This document shows, one piece after another, positions 19,116-29,969 of a stretch of 56,666 nucleotides of DNA. How positions within the stretch are numbered: the first letter of the stretch is position 1; every line of letters begins with the position of its first letter. Both the position numbers and the translations under genes were made by a program. The DNA is from a virus (Duplodnaviria > Caudoviricetes), in the IMG/VR virus record IMGVR_UViG_3300030098_004888, positions 1 to 56,666 of that record; one strand, written 5' to 3'. Under the pieces are notes generated by a model. The model had not been told where the DNA came from. It was given only the letters and a program-made list of their open reading frames with translations, and made no database searches.

Positions 19116-22100
19116 TTATCTATTGGACAATTCACTTGGAGAGAAGCGATAATTAGTAGCAAAAAGCTCTACTTTGCTTCTTTCATCACACCTAAGATTA
19201 GTTCTTAGATAATATCCTTTAAAGGTATCTCCTTCTATAATAGGGTTTTCATCAACGTAAGCAAATTGGTTATTTAATGTTGGCCCAGTATATGCTAACT
19301 CTAACACTGCTGTAGTAGCATTTGTAACAGCAGTAATTGTTCCTATTAAAGCTGCACCATCCCCATATCTAACTACATCCCCTACCTTTAAATTAATATC
19401 AAAATTAATACCAGTCAATGCTGTTTGCCCATTAGTTACAGAAACATTACCCAATCCAAATAAATTAGTACCCTTGTTTCCGCTACCAGTAGTTTCCTCT
19501 ACATTAGCATATTTAAATGCAGCATAAAACATTCCTTCTTTTTCTGCAAGCTCCCCAAAATCTGATTGCGAATAACAATAAATATTTGCTAGTGCTACTG
19601 TAGCATTTTGAGTCAACTCTAAAGAAGTGTCATTTGTTATAGCTGCAACCTCACCAAGCTCTGTATTTTCATATCTTAATTTATCCCCAACAACTAAGCT
19701 GGTTGTAAACTCAGTATTAGTTCCAGTAACAGTAGCATCACCTACAGCAGTTGATATTGTTCCAACACCTTTTATGTTTTCCCCAAAACTTCCATTAGAT
19801 TCTGTTATAGCCATTTGACCAAGTATAGAAGCAGTCGTAGAAACCAAATTAGTATTTAATGATTCTACATCCCATGGATGACTACCCTCAAGACCAATAC
19901 CATAATATGTTTTATTGTTTGATGGTGCACTATTTGAAACAACATGTAACCTAGAAACAGATTGCTCACCATAAAAATTATTTCTAGGTATTTGGTATCC
20001 ATCAAAATCTATTGATTGATGATGCCTATATAACTTTCCTTTCTTAAATGTTAAAAAAGAAGAGTTTAAGTACTCCATATAATCAGGTTTGTAAGAATAA
20101 AAACTAGACCATTTGTTTGTTTTTTCTGAAAAAGCTAATGTTTCCCCTAATGTTATTTGAAGTTCTTTTCTTCTTTTGTCTGGGAAAACATAACCCCCAG
20201 ATGTTCCATCATAATCATTATCATCTTCATCAAAACCAAGCAGTGGGGCATTAAGTAATGGAGCTCGTCCAGAATATTCTTCTGCTGTTTTATCCCAGTT
20301 AGTCCCAGACCTTAATTTATTATTTATTTCTGTAATATTTCCTCTATCTACAATTCTTTTAGCACTAACCTCAGTTGTTCCACAACCAACAGGGTTTAAC
20401 TCTAGTGTAGATGCAGTAGGATTTATAAGGCCAGTTAATGTAGTAGCACCACTTGTAGGTGTTATTTTTAAATCTATAGGTATTTTTACGTCAAGTTGTT
20501 TTGCTCTTTTTAAAGTTTGTTCAGGCACAGAAATTTCACCATCTTTTATAACTCTTTCAAAATCATATCTTTGGTCAACACTAACTCCTTTTGATGTTGC
20601 TGCATATAAATCTTCTTCTTTTAAAGCTACAACATTTGTACCAGATAAGTTTTCTGAAGTAGGGCTTGTGTAATTAGCTGCTAAAGTTATACCAGTATTA
20701 CTGCCTATAGCACTTACTTTCCCTACGAAGTCAGCAGAATCCTGAACATATAAATAATCTCCAACTTCTACTTGCTCGGTAAAAGTTGTCCCAGAGCCAG
20801 TAACAGCAGTGTTCCCATTATTAACAGCTATTGTGCCAGCAGGCTTTGTTAATCTTCCATTACCCCTTTCTGTAGAAACTAATCTAACAGGTATATCAAT
20901 CTGGCCACCTGGTTTTTCTGGGTCTCCAAATCCTTCTTCATCTGTTAGCACATTAATTAACTGTCTTTCCCCATCAGAGTTTTCTACAAAAGAACCACCA
21001 TGAATACTTAACTCAACAAGGTTTAGTGTTTGAAAATTAATAATATACTCATTGTAAGCTGGGTCGTAACCACCAATTATATGAAGGTTGTTAACAAGCT
21101 CACTATAAGCATTAGATTTATCTCTAAAATAATCTACCATATTGTAGTCAGATATTTTAGTTATACCATCCATGCTTAATCTAATAGCAGCCCCTCTTTT
21201 AATATCAATAAAATAATCTCTAAATCCAAAGTTTGCATGAGATTCTGGATTTAAGCATATGCCATAATCTCCAGAATAAGTTTGCTGTTCTGATAATATA
21301 TCTCTAGTTAATCCTATTGAAGTTCCACCATCTGCTGAATTTATTATAGATTTATTTACAAGAACTTTAGAAACTTTGTTTTCTTGAAATAAAGTAATAA
21401 AACCTTCTTTGCCATGAATTTTTTGTATGCTACCAAACTCTATATTATAATCTCTAAAGTTTGCTGTAGAAACATTAAAGTTTGACAACCCATTTACATT
21501 TGTGTTTGGTGTATATGGGAAAGAATAAGTTATACTAGCTTCTCTTCTTTTTTGTTCTGCAAAATTAATGTAAGTGTGAGGCCTTCCTTTATCATAAGCA
21601 TTTGAAGTAAAAAAATCATTTACATTATAATCTTCTACATAGTGCTTTCTTTTTTGTTGTCTATATCTTTTTTCATCAGGGTTTAAATTTAAATGAACAC
21701 CATAATCATATAAAAAACTGGGGTCTGCGTATTTATGTCTAGGTGCAACTTGTTGAATTCCCCCCATTAATTGATTTCTTGGCTTAAAATATACATCACC
21801 TTTTGAAAATCTACCACTAGCTTGCCTTGGTCTTATAACAGTACCTGCACCACTGCTAATTGTTGTAAAGTTTTCCCCAACCCAAGTATATGTAACAAAT
21901 CTATCATGCCCTCCACCATCTAATGTTTGGCAAGCTATAACATGGTTGCCTTCAAGATAATCATTATCAGTTCCTGATATTCCACTAATAGTAACCAAGT
22001 CACCAACCTTTAAAGTAATATCATTATTTGTAGTTTCAATCATTAAATAACCACCTGGTAAATCTGTTTGTAAATCAAGTTTACTTAATGCTTGTATGGT

Positions 22101-24989
22101 TACAGAGCCAGTTCCTGCATCTGATTGGTCTCTAAAGTTTGCATCTCCTTTATGCAAACCAAATCCAGTGCCAGGATTTTCAATTTCTATTACATCACTA
22201 AACTCATAAAAAATACCAGCTTCTTCTGAGGCTACAATATCTTTTTTAGGTCTATATATTTCAACAAGAGAGTTAAGATAAACATCTGCTGTTTTTCTGT
22301 TGTGTTGATGTCCAGCAAAACCATCATCATCTACATTAGGGGCTGTAGTTGAGCCTGTGTCTACAGAAGAAAAAGGTATTACATTGTCACTTCCACCAGA
22401 AATATTACCATGGTCCCTAAAAATATACCTAGAATCAAAAAACTTAATTCCTTCAGGGTCTGATATTTTAATATACCAACCAGCCAAAGTAGTTGTTTTT
22501 TCAGAAGCTTCGTTATCGTCATCTTCTCTTTTTATCATTGTTATGGTAGGGTTTGCTACATATTCAGCTATTTCAAAATCATAATATTTTTTAAAATATC
22601 TTCTATCTCTTTCATCTTGACCCCTATTAGTTCCTATTGGAGCATAAGCCCCTGTTGCATCTGCTGTATGTGGATTATCATTTGGGTTGTTAGGTGTTGC
22701 ATTTGGTTGCAAATTAGATAGAGCCTGGTCATCTATAGAGCTAGGAATTAAGTTTCCATCATCATCAAAAAATCTACCAGGTGAAATAAAACTAATAAAC
22801 CTAACTCTATCTCCTTTTGTAGCTTCAAAATCTATTATAGAGCCCTCGCTATCCGAATAAGACTTATGTTGAGATTCCTCATAAGTTGACTTCATGCTTC
22901 TTAATCCCAAATATATGTTTCCATTTGAATCTTTATATCTTCTAGATAATATGATTTGTACAAACTCCCCAACTGATGTATTTCCAGAATAAACCCATTG
23001 ATAATGAGTAGCCCAAGTTGGTGGATTGTGCATAATATGCCAGTACATACTTGCCTTACCTAAGTTATTGTTGCTATCTAAAGTAGTGCTTGAAGCAGCA
23101 GTTGTAGATGTGCTAGTTCTTTGTGTAGCTTCTCTATTAGAAGGAAACTCTACATAAGCAGATGAGTCTTTGCTTTTGTTAACTGTTGAAACTCTACCTG
23201 CTTTATCATAATATATTATTCCAAAATCATGGTAAGCTCCTGACTTAAAAGAACTTTGATGATAAGAGTCAGTGCTTTGAAACCACATTGAATTATTATA
23301 CATAAGAGAATGACCACTAAAAACCCCTGTTCCTGTTGGTGCAAAAATTATAGTAACATCATTAGCTGATGTTCCAGATGTAACAGTCCATGTGTCACTT
23401 TGAGCATTTAAAAGAGTAGCTAATGATGCTGCAACCTCAGCCAAAGTATCAAATGTTCCACCATCATGATTTTCTTTTGTTATATCTAGCTCTGCATGAA
23501 AAGCACAGTAATTAGTTCCATTACTTTCAGATATAGCTAAATCTATAACAACATAACCATATGATTTATGACTAACATTAATATTACTATTAGAAAAATA
23601 TGCTTCGTCACCACTTCCTGTTGCCCCCAATATAACAGAATTACTATTATGTTTAGGATTATGAATACCTGCTTTAAAAATAAGTCTTGTATCTCCTGCT
23701 GGGAAACTACCAAAAATAAAATTATTATTTATAGTTGCAAAATTTATAAAAGTATCATCGTGTACAGTAATTATAGGTAAATCTGATATTCCATCATAAA
23801 TAAAGTTTTCATAGTATGGCTGTAAGTTAACATTAAAATTATCTCCATCTGTAGAAGCTGGTGTTTCTGTTAGTGTTGGTATTAAGTCATACCCTTCAAC
23901 ATAATTACCAAACATTAACCTTTTGTTTATAATGTCCATTGATTGTGCTTTCAAAGGAACAGCATCAAATAACTTATCCCCATCTACAGGGTCTATAGCA
24001 GAATATAAACCAGAGCCATAAAACTCAATCGTTTGTGTTGATGGTGTTGCACCACTAGAGCTAAACCAAGATGATACATTTGGTATAACATCAATAAGTA
24101 AAAAAACTCCTTCATTCCTATCTCTAGCAGCTATTTCTATTTTTTTTACAGTATCTATTCCATTTGTAACAACAATATCTATTCTATTTTCAAATCTTGG
24201 GTCTCTAGCAGTTCCAAAAATTTTATGGTATCTATCATAGTTTGTAATAACAACATTACTTATTGGAGACCAAGCAGACCTTTCGTTATCGTCATATATG
24301 TAGCGATATTTAAATTGATAAAGCTTACCTCGTATATTATTACTATCTCTAGATTTATCGGTTTCAACAGAAGCTGTAGGCTTTGTTCTAGGTGCATGTT
24401 TTATAACATCTATATATATATCTCTTTCTGCTATAAGGTTGGTTGTATTAATGCCAATAGTTCCATCATTTAATCTTTCACTATAGCCATTAACATAATC
24501 ACCAGCAGAATGCAATATAGCTTTCTGAATATTTATTTTTCTTGGCTCGTTTAAATTATCTGTAAAATATAAAAGCTTTTGAGATTCAGTTAAATCTATT
24601 GAGTCTACATCTTTACTTGCTAGCTTTATAACCTTTGAGTGGGTTATTAAATTTTCTCTTGAAAATCCAAGAATTTCATTTTCTAAAACTTTTGTTATAG
24701 CATGAGTCATTCCATTATATTCAAGTATGGAGTGTTTTGCTTGGCTATTCCATACAAAATAATAAACAGTGCTATCTGAACTATGATGACAAGAGCCTAT
24801 AACTCTATTTGTTCCTGTAGGTAAAGTATAAGAAACAAGTAAATTACCTTCTGAATTTTGAATAGTCCCAACATCATCTGAATCACTAGACGTATTTCTT
24901 ATGTTAAGAGCATATCTATAATCTCCATTCTGTATAATTCTTTCATCTGAATCTCTATCTAAGCCTCCAGTAAATATTCTCTTATCCAT
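19116..24989 (-). CDS. Tail muzzle / stabilization protein (P22 gp10-like, crAss-like)
   Basis: N-terminal F.GG.D.D.DER....G.Y..ALNIR; FGNYVEGYD; YGI..NPES; FSE....W.SFYSY.P motifs; follows ring genes. Confidence 0.8.
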   Translation of the reverse strand: MDKRIFTGGLDRDSDERIIQNGDYRYALNIRNTSSDSDDVGTIQNSEGNLLVSYTLPTGTNRVIGSCHHSSDSTVYYFVWNSQAKHSILEYNGMTHAITKVLENEILGFSRENLITHSKVIKLASKDVDSIDLTESQKLLYFTDNLNEPRKINIQKAILHSAGDYVNGYSERLNDGTIGINTTNLIAERDIYIDVIKHAPRTKPTASVETDKSRDSNNIRGKLYQFKYRYIYDDNERSAWSPISNVVITNYDRYHKIFGTARDPRFENRIDIVVTNGIDTVKKIEIAARDRNEGVFLLIDVIPNVSSWFSSSGATPSTQTIEFYGSGLYSAIDPVDGDKLFDAVPLKAQSMDIINKRLMFGNYVEGYDLIPTLTETPASTDGDNFNVNLQPYYENFIYDGISDLPIITVHDDTFINFATINNNFIFGSFPAGDTRLIFKAGIHNPKHNSNSVILGATGSGDEAYFSNSNINVSHKSYGYVVIDLAISESNGTNYCAFHAELDITKENHDGGTFDTLAEVAASLATLLNAQSDTWTVTSGTSANDVTIIFAPTGTGVFSGHSLMYNNSMWFQSTDSYHQSSFKSGAYHDFGIIYYDKAGRVSTVNKSKDSSAYVEFPSNREATQRTSTSTTAASSTTLDSNNNLGKASMYWHIMHNPPTWATHYQWVYSGNTSVGEFVQIILSRRYKDSNGNIYLGLRSMKSTYEESQHKSYSDSEGSIIDFEATKGDRVRFISFISPGRFFDDDGNLIPSSIDDQALSNLQPNATPNNPNDNPHTADATGAYAPIGTNRGQDERDRRYFKKYYDFEIAEYVANPTITMIKREDDDNEASEKTTTLAGWYIKISDPEGIKFFDSRYIFRDHGNISGGSDNVIPFSSVDTGSTTAPNVDDDGFAGHQHNRKTADVYLNSLVEIYRPKKDIVASEEAGIFYEFSDVIEIENPGTGFGLHKGDANFRDQSDAGTGSVTIQALSKLDLQTDLPGGYLMIETTNNDITLKVGDLVTISGISGTDNDYLEGNHVIACQTLDGGGHDRFVTYTWVGENFTTISSGAGTVIRPRQASGRFSKGDVYFKPRNQLMGGIQQVAPRHKYADPSFLYDYGVHLNLNPDEKRYRQQKRKHYVEDYNVNDFFTSNAYDKGRPHTYINFAEQKRREASITYSFPYTPNTNVNGLSNFNVSTANFRDYNIEFGSIQKIHGKEGFITLFQENKVSKVLVNKSIINSADGGTSIGLTRDILSEQQTYSGDYGICLNPESHANFGFRDYFIDIKRGAAIRLSMDGITKISDYNMVDYFRDKSNAYSELVNNLHIIGGYDPAYNEYIINFQTLNLVELSIHGGSFVENSDGERQLINVLTDEEGFGDPEKPGGQIDIPVRLVSTERGNGRLTKPAGTIAVNNGNTAVTGSGTTFTEQVEVGDYLYVQDSADFVGKVSAIGSNTGITLAANYTSPTSENLSGTNVVALKEEDLYAATSKGVSVDQRYDFERVIKDGEISVPEQTLKRAKQLDVKIPIDLKITPTSGATTLTGLINPTASTLELNPVGCGTTEVSAKRIVDRGNITEINNKLRSGTNWDKTAEEYSGRAPLLNAPLLGFDEDDNDYDGTSGGYVFPDKRRKELQITLGETLAFSEKTNKWSSFYSYKPDYMEYLNSSFLTFKKGKLYRHHQSIDFDGYQIPRNNFYGEQSVSRLHVVSNSAPSNNKTYYGIGLEGSHPWDVESLNTNLVSTTASILGQMAITESNGSFGENIKGVGTISTAVGDATVTGTNTEFTTSLVVGDKLRYENTELGEVAAITNDTSLELTQNATVALANIYCYSQSDFGELAEKEGMFYAAFKYANVEETTGSGNKGTNLFGLGNVSVTNGQTALTGINFDINLKVGDVVRYGDGAALIGTITAVTNATTAVLELAYTGPTLNNQFAYVDENPIIEGDTFKGYYLRTNLRCDERSKVELFATNYRFSPSELSNR

Positions 24990-24997
24990 AATTATAA

Positions 24998-25738
24998 TTA
25001 AAGTTTAGGAGATTGTTTAAATGCCTTTCTTGTTGTTTGAAGTGCTTCTTCTTTAGTAAATTTATTTAATCTAGCAACAGCTAATCTTTTTTCATTATAG
25101 TATTCTCTTCTAGCTGATTCTTTTTCATATTGAGGTATACCTCTTTTTCTTTGTATGCTTCTCCAATATATAAAAGACATTAAAGCTTCTTCTAAATATG
25201 GGTCAACATTTATTTCAGAATTTATTTCATCACTAGAGCCATCTGATATATATTCCAAAACAATAACAGAGCCTTTTGAGTCTCCATGAAATAAAAATCT
25301 ATTATTTTTTCTATCTTCTGTATAATATCCATTAGAATTATTTCCACCACCAATACCATAAATACTACCTAAGCTACCATCTAAAAGATAATTTCTAAAT
25401 ACAAAATAATCATCAGAATCTTGTAAACTATCTCCAAAAGAATTAGTAAACTCTGTATTTCTTACTCTTCTTCTATCTACCCCTAAAACATGAACTCTTC
25501 CATCAGAATCTACTTTGCCAATTTTTGTGTAGCCAATATAGTCTAAGGGAAAATCAACAGAACCATTAGAACCAACAGTTAACTCAATAGATTTAATATC
25601 TTTACCAGCATCCATATTAAGTTCTTTTAAACCTCTAAGGCCTATGTTTAAGTATCTTAAATATTCTGCTTCTGAGTTTTTACCTTCATCTATAAGAAGA
25701 TTTTGTATTATTTCGTCTAATGTTTTGCTTGTACCCAT
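24998..25738 (-). CDS. Tail ring / head-tail connector protein
   Basis: P.DY..Y.KI, I.LEYISDG motifs; position. Confidence 0.65.
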   Translation of the reverse strand: MGTSKTLDEIIQNLLIDEGKNSEAEYLRYLNIGLRGLKELNMDAGKDIKSIELTVGSNGSVDFPLDYIGYTKIGKVDSDGRVHVLGVDRRRVRNTEFTNSFGDSLQDSDDYFVFRNYLLDGSLGSIYGIGGGNNSNGYYTEDRKNNRFLFHGDSKGSVIVLEYISDGSSDEINSEINVDPYLEEALMSFIYWRSIQRKRGIPQYEKESARREYYNEKRLAVARLNKFTKEEALQTTRKAFKQSPKL

Positions 25739-26322
25739 TATTGTTTATTATCTTTTCTATCGTTAATATTATCTTCATTTGCTTGTCTCATTAAACCATA
25801 TAACTGAACAACACTTTTTACTATTTGTGATTCTAAATCTGCTGGTATTGGAAAGTTATCATTTTCTCCAAGGTCTTTAGATGAAACAATTAGTTTTACT
25901 GTAAACTCTGTTGAATCTAAAACAGTTGGAAAAAAAGTTAAAGTATTCCCAACTACATCATAAAACTTTCTAGTAGACTTACTTAAAGCATTAGAATACA
26001 TATTTGAAGAAGGTCTCCTTAAATAAAACTCTAATCCACTTGATATGCTATATATACCAACATTATTAGGTAAGTTAATAGGGCTGTATTTTAATACTAT
26101 CTGATTGTTACTAGAGGTCACAGTAAAAGAAGATAAAAAATCTCCTGTTATTTCATGCTCCCCCATTCCAGCATACCCCAGAATCATTTGCTTTATTAAA
26201 GCATCCCTTTCTTGTTCCACAAAAAGAATTACTTCTCTTATGTTTATATCAACATCGTCTGATATGTTTCCTCCTTGGATAACTCTTAAAGCTTGTTCTG
26301 CTATTGATTTTTTTGTTGCCAT
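25738..26322 (-). CDS. Tail ring / connector protein
   Basis: FPIP..L...IV C-terminal pattern; position. Confidence 0.6.
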   Translation of the reverse strand: MATKKSIAEQALRVIQGGNISDDVDINIREVILFVEQERDALIKQMILGYAGMGEHEITGDFLSSFTVTSSNNQIVLKYSPINLPNNVGIYSISSGLEFYLRRPSSNMYSNALSKSTRKFYDVVGNTLTFFPTVLDSTEFTVKLIVSSKDLGENDNFPIPADLESQIVKSVVQLYGLMRQANEDNINDRKDNKQ

Positions 26323-26323
26323 G

Positions 26324-27010
26324 TTATACTCCTGATTGTTCTTTTCCTATTGCGTAAGAAGATAGCTGACCTTCTCTTATGTGTATACCTAAATAGCTTA
26401 ATATTTTCATTGTTAACTCATTATGAGTTTGTTCTGGAAATTCAAAATCTGTGCTATTAGATGGGTTGTATATAGGGTTCCCATTTATTTCCTCAAAAGC
26501 CCATTGAGGTCTTGTGGGTCTTATTAAATATGTTGAATTAACAACTCCCTGTGTTGCTGGGCTTGTAACATCTCCTCCATCCCCATTATATATAACAAAG
26601 CCATTTCTTTGTTGTATCCCTATTGGATACTCTAAAGAAGGTGCTAGTATTGAACTATTTATTCTTTTTAATAATTTATCTTCATTTAAAAGCTCAACCT
26701 CTACACCATCAATACTTAGTGCTAATATATGAATATAATCATTTGGATACCCCCAAGCATTATTGTTTGCATTATAAGCTAAAGCTATATCATGAGCAAC
26801 AAAAGCCCTTAGGTCATCACTAGATTTTTGATTAATAGAAAAAGCATTTATTGGGGTTATTTGAGCTTGTTTTATATTATTATACCTTTGGGTAAACATT
26901 TCCATTTGTGCCCTATCAGCTAACAAATTAAACTCTGATGGCTTCAAAAAACCTCTTTGCTCTTTGTTCGCAACAACCCTTACCGTTCTATATATTTCGT
27001 CTATTGTCAT
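26324..27010 (-). CDS. Tail ring / head-tail adaptor protein
   Basis: NKEQRG...P.EFN..A..AQ and Y...P..P.W motifs. Confidence 0.7.
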   Translation of the reverse strand: MTIDEIYRTVRVVANKEQRGFLKPSEFNLLADRAQMEMFTQRYNNIKQAQITPINAFSINQKSSDDLRAFVAHDIALAYNANNNAWGYPNDYIHILALSIDGVEVELLNEDKLLKRINSSILAPSLEYPIGIQQRNGFVIYNGDGGDVTSPATQGVVNSTYLIRPTRPQWAFEEINGNPIYNPSNSTDFEFPEQTHNELTMKILSYLGIHIREGQLSSYAIGKEQSGV

Positions 27011-27026
27011 AACAAATAATTATATT

Positions 27027-27034
27027 CAAAGATA
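27027..27034 (-). promoter_or_regulatory. -7 element TATCTTTG for tail operon
   Basis: Consensus match directly after a terminator. Confidence 0.6.
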
Positions 27035-27036
27035 CG

Positions 27037-27076
27037 AAAAAAAATAAAACCCCTACTTTAAAAGCAGAGGTTTTAT
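27037..27076 (-). terminator. Intrinsic terminator
   Basis: ATAAAACC/GGTTTTAT stem plus U8 on the - strand. Confidence 0.6.
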
Positions 27077-27096
27077 CTAGTGAGGGGTGTTATATA

Positions 27097-27978
27097 TTAT
27101 GCTAATCTAGATAATCTTGACTTTATTTCTTCATATACAACTTTTCCATCTTGTGTTAAACAAAAGTCTACCATTTTATCCATAGGTTTAATCCCTATAG
27201 GAACATGAGTAATTCTGTTTTTAGAATCTCCTACAATCCAGGATATTTGGTTATTAGATATATCTAATATTTTATATTCTTTTGCTTTTAGCAATACTTC
27301 TCTCATTTCTCTTGTTGGGTCATTTAATCCAGCAATAAATGAACTAGGGTCTTTTTGTGCTATAAGCTTCATGTCCCATCTAATTTCATCAATACTGTTA
27401 TCTGTATTTACACCTAAAACTTTAGCATATCCAACTAATTGTTCCATAGGCATGTTTAAAGCTAATTGAAGTGCATTAATTTCTGCTTTTGCTTTACTAA
27501 CATCTTTTTTAGCATTAACTTCCATATCTTCTTTAAAGAAAGAAGGAACTCTTTCTGTTCTTCTGTTTGGATTAGAACTATTAGCATTACACATATCTAA
27601 AAACCTTTTTAATGTTGGGTTTGTTTTTGCAACAGTTAAAACACCATTGCTAAACATAATTGGCTCCCTTAATTTAGAATCTTTAGATTGTTCGTCTTTA
27701 TATATAGATGTTTCTCCAGGAACATATCTAATAGCTCTTTCTACATTAGTTTCTGGGTCATAAATTACATCTTCTGCTTTAATCATATAAGTTACAGGGT
27801 AAGTTGGCTTACCTGTTTTTTTATTTATACCATGTTTAATTAATTTATAAACAGATGGTTTTTCTATTTTATTACTAAAGCCAGGAATATTAAATGATTT
27901 TTTTTGCTCTGAAGTAGAGACTTTTGGTTGTAATTTAGGCTCAACCTTAACCTTTTGGGTTTTTGTTTTTGTTGTCAT
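27097..27978 (-). CDS. Conserved capsid-module hypothetical protein
   Basis: 293 aa; R.IRY......I..DEQ...I.F.NG.L.V motif; downstream of MCP. Confidence 0.7.
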   Translation of the reverse strand: MTTKTKTQKVKVEPKLQPKVSTSEQKKSFNIPGFSNKIEKPSVYKLIKHGINKKTGKPTYPVTYMIKAEDVIYDPETNVERAIRYVPGETSIYKDEQSKDSKLREPIMFSNGVLTVAKTNPTLKRFLDMCNANSSNPNRRTERVPSFFKEDMEVNAKKDVSKAKAEINALQLALNMPMEQLVGYAKVLGVNTDNSIDEIRWDMKLIAQKDPSSFIAGLNDPTREMREVLLKAKEYKILDISNNQISWIVGDSKNRITHVPIGIKPMDKMVDFCLTQDGKVVYEEIKSRLSRLA

Positions 27979-28007
27979 TTTATTAAATATTAAATTAAAT
28001 TAAAAAT

Positions 28008-28040
28008 AAAAAAAGGGGATGGGGTTAACCACCCCCTTTA
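28008..28040 (-). terminator. Terminator after capsid genes
   Basis: AAAGGGG/CCCCTTT stem plus U-run on the - strand. Confidence 0.7.
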
Positions 28041-28090
28041 AAGTTTATACTATCTATATATCATTTCAAGATAGTTGATAATTAGACTGA

Positions 28091-28474
28091 TTACGCTTGT
28101 GCTGGAGATATTGAAACCGAAGCTCCAGAAATTCCTGTAACATCAGTAGTACCATTAACAGCATCAAACAAATTAATAAAGTTTGGTGCACCAGCAATCT
28201 GTGGAGTTGCTATAATAGCGCATAACGCTTCTATAACAGCCTTTTGATTGTTGGTAGCAACTGTTAAAGTAACAGAATCTGTCTTATAATCAGTATTAGC
28301 ACCTTCACCACCACTAAAAGCATTTATACGAGGTTGAAATCGTAAAGCTAATCCAGTGTTGCCAGAAGCACCCATACTTAATAAGCGAGAAACAGGAAAT
28401 ACTGTTGAGCCATTTGTTTCATCATCATCATTGCCTATGGTAGAATCTTGTCTAACATACAAATATTTTTCCAT
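28091..28474 (-). CDS. Putative auxiliary capsid/structural protein
   Basis: 127 aa, directly after MCP and inside the same terminator unit. Confidence 0.5.
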   Translation of the reverse strand: MEKYLYVRQDSTIGNDDDETNGSTVFPVSRLLSMGASGNTGLALRFQPRINAFSGGEGANTDYKTDSVTLTVATNNQKAVIEALCAIIATPQIAGAPNFINLFDAVNGTTDVTGISGASVSISPAQA

Positions 28475-28500
28475 TTTTTCTATTTTTTAAAAGTTAATAA

Positions 28501-29940
28501 TTATGATTTCTTAATTAACATGTATCTGTTAGCTGCGAAACCTTCAAATCCTCGTTCTGTTCTATAGTGAGATAGTAACTTATCTGTTGTATTTGTTTTG
28601 TTTTTCAATACAGCAGAACCAGTCAACCAGTGCTCCATTTCACGAGAATATCCAGGAACAGCTTTATATCTAATTCTCAAAGAAGGAATAGACTCTCCAG
28701 ACTTAGCATCTCTACGAGTATCCATAGGAATAATCATTCCATATCCTGGAAAATTAAATGAAGTAGCTCCTAGCAATTTAGGATGATTAAATAAATCATA
28801 AGTTTTCTTATGGAAAGTATAACCTCCACGAGTAAACGAATTAAATCCTAATTGAACAGCTACATCTTTACTGTTATTAAATGTTCCATAATTAGCACCA
28901 CCTGCTGATACAGCAGTTTGAGAAGCTAATAAATCATCAACATCTAAAGATAAATCAATACCAGCATAAAGAGCATTTTCTTTAGCACCACGATGCTTAT
29001 CTAAAGATTTAACTATTGCATCAAAATCAGCCATTGTGATTGAAGCAGCACCTAAATCCATTGACTGTCCTTTATTTTCAATAAAAGGTAATAGACCTTC
29101 TGTACCATTAAAAGTTGAATTTAAAGCTGCTGCATTACCATAAGAGTCAGTAACTGAAGTGTCATTTGTAACAGCTTCACCTACAACCATCATAATCTCA
29201 GCATAGTCTAAGAAACGCTTATAAGTATCTTGCTCACCTTTTAAATACCAAAGGAATCCAGAACCCATGTTTTCATTTTCTACTTTAAAGTACACTACGT
29301 TAGTAGCTTCAGAACCAGTAACTTCAAATGATTCTTTTAAAATCATTACAGTATTACTGTATTCATGTAAATCAGGAGAAATACCAGTTGGCTGAACACT
29401 ACCTTCAGCAAACATATTACCTACAATAGATGCTTCGTAATTTGTACTTGTAGAAAATGCTGTTTTAAATGTAGTTAAAGGATGAATAGAAATCTGATTA
29501 GCAGATAAAGATACACCACCTTCGTTTGCATTAATCCCAGCTACATAAACTAAAGTACCATCTTGAAGCATTAAAATATCACCATTTCTTACTGGGTGAG
29601 CTTCTGCTGTACCTCCTGATAAAGAACCAGATTGAACTGTTAAAATTTCATCAGTTTTAGCACCTGCTGCCGCAGCACTAGCAAATTGCACCGTAAGACT
29701 ATTGTGATAAAAAGCCTCTTCAAAGTGTTCAAAAGTTGTTTGAGTTGTTTCTTTTTTGTTTCCAAGCAATTCTAAGAGACCTGTAATACCTTGCTCTCCA
29801 TATCGCTTAATTAGCCTTTCGTCAACGTCTCTTACATGAATACTATTCGTAGTAAGGGAGCTAACGTAGCTATCTGTTGTTGCTTCACGAGTTGCTGTTG
29901 GTTTTAACACCATCCCAGAAGCTAAACTTACTGTTGCCAT
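28501..29940 (-). CDS. Major capsid protein
   Basis: 479 aa after scaffold; F.EGS.QP, ..VTGS.A, G.LWY, TEGL, LGF.SF.RGGY.F motifs. Confidence 0.85.
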   Translation of the reverse strand: MATVSLASGMVLKPTATREATTDSYVSSLTTNSIHVRDVDERLIKRYGEQGITGLLELLGNKKETTQTTFEHFEEAFYHNSLTVQFASAAAAGAKTDEILTVQSGSLSGGTAEAHPVRNGDILMLQDGTLVYVAGINANEGGVSLSANQISIHPLTTFKTAFSTSTNYEASIVGNMFAEGSVQPTGISPDLHEYSNTVMILKESFEVTGSEATNVVYFKVENENMGSGFLWYLKGEQDTYKRFLDYAEIMMVVGEAVTNDTSVTDSYGNAAALNSTFNGTEGLLPFIENKGQSMDLGAASITMADFDAIVKSLDKHRGAKENALYAGIDLSLDVDDLLASQTAVSAGGANYGTFNNSKDVAVQLGFNSFTRGGYTFHKKTYDLFNHPKLLGATSFNFPGYGMIIPMDTRRDAKSGESIPSLRIRYKAVPGYSREMEHWLTGSAVLKNKTNTTDKLLSHYRTERGFEGFAANRYMLIKKS

Positions 29941-29969
29941 TTTATTATTGTTTTAAAATTAATAATTGT

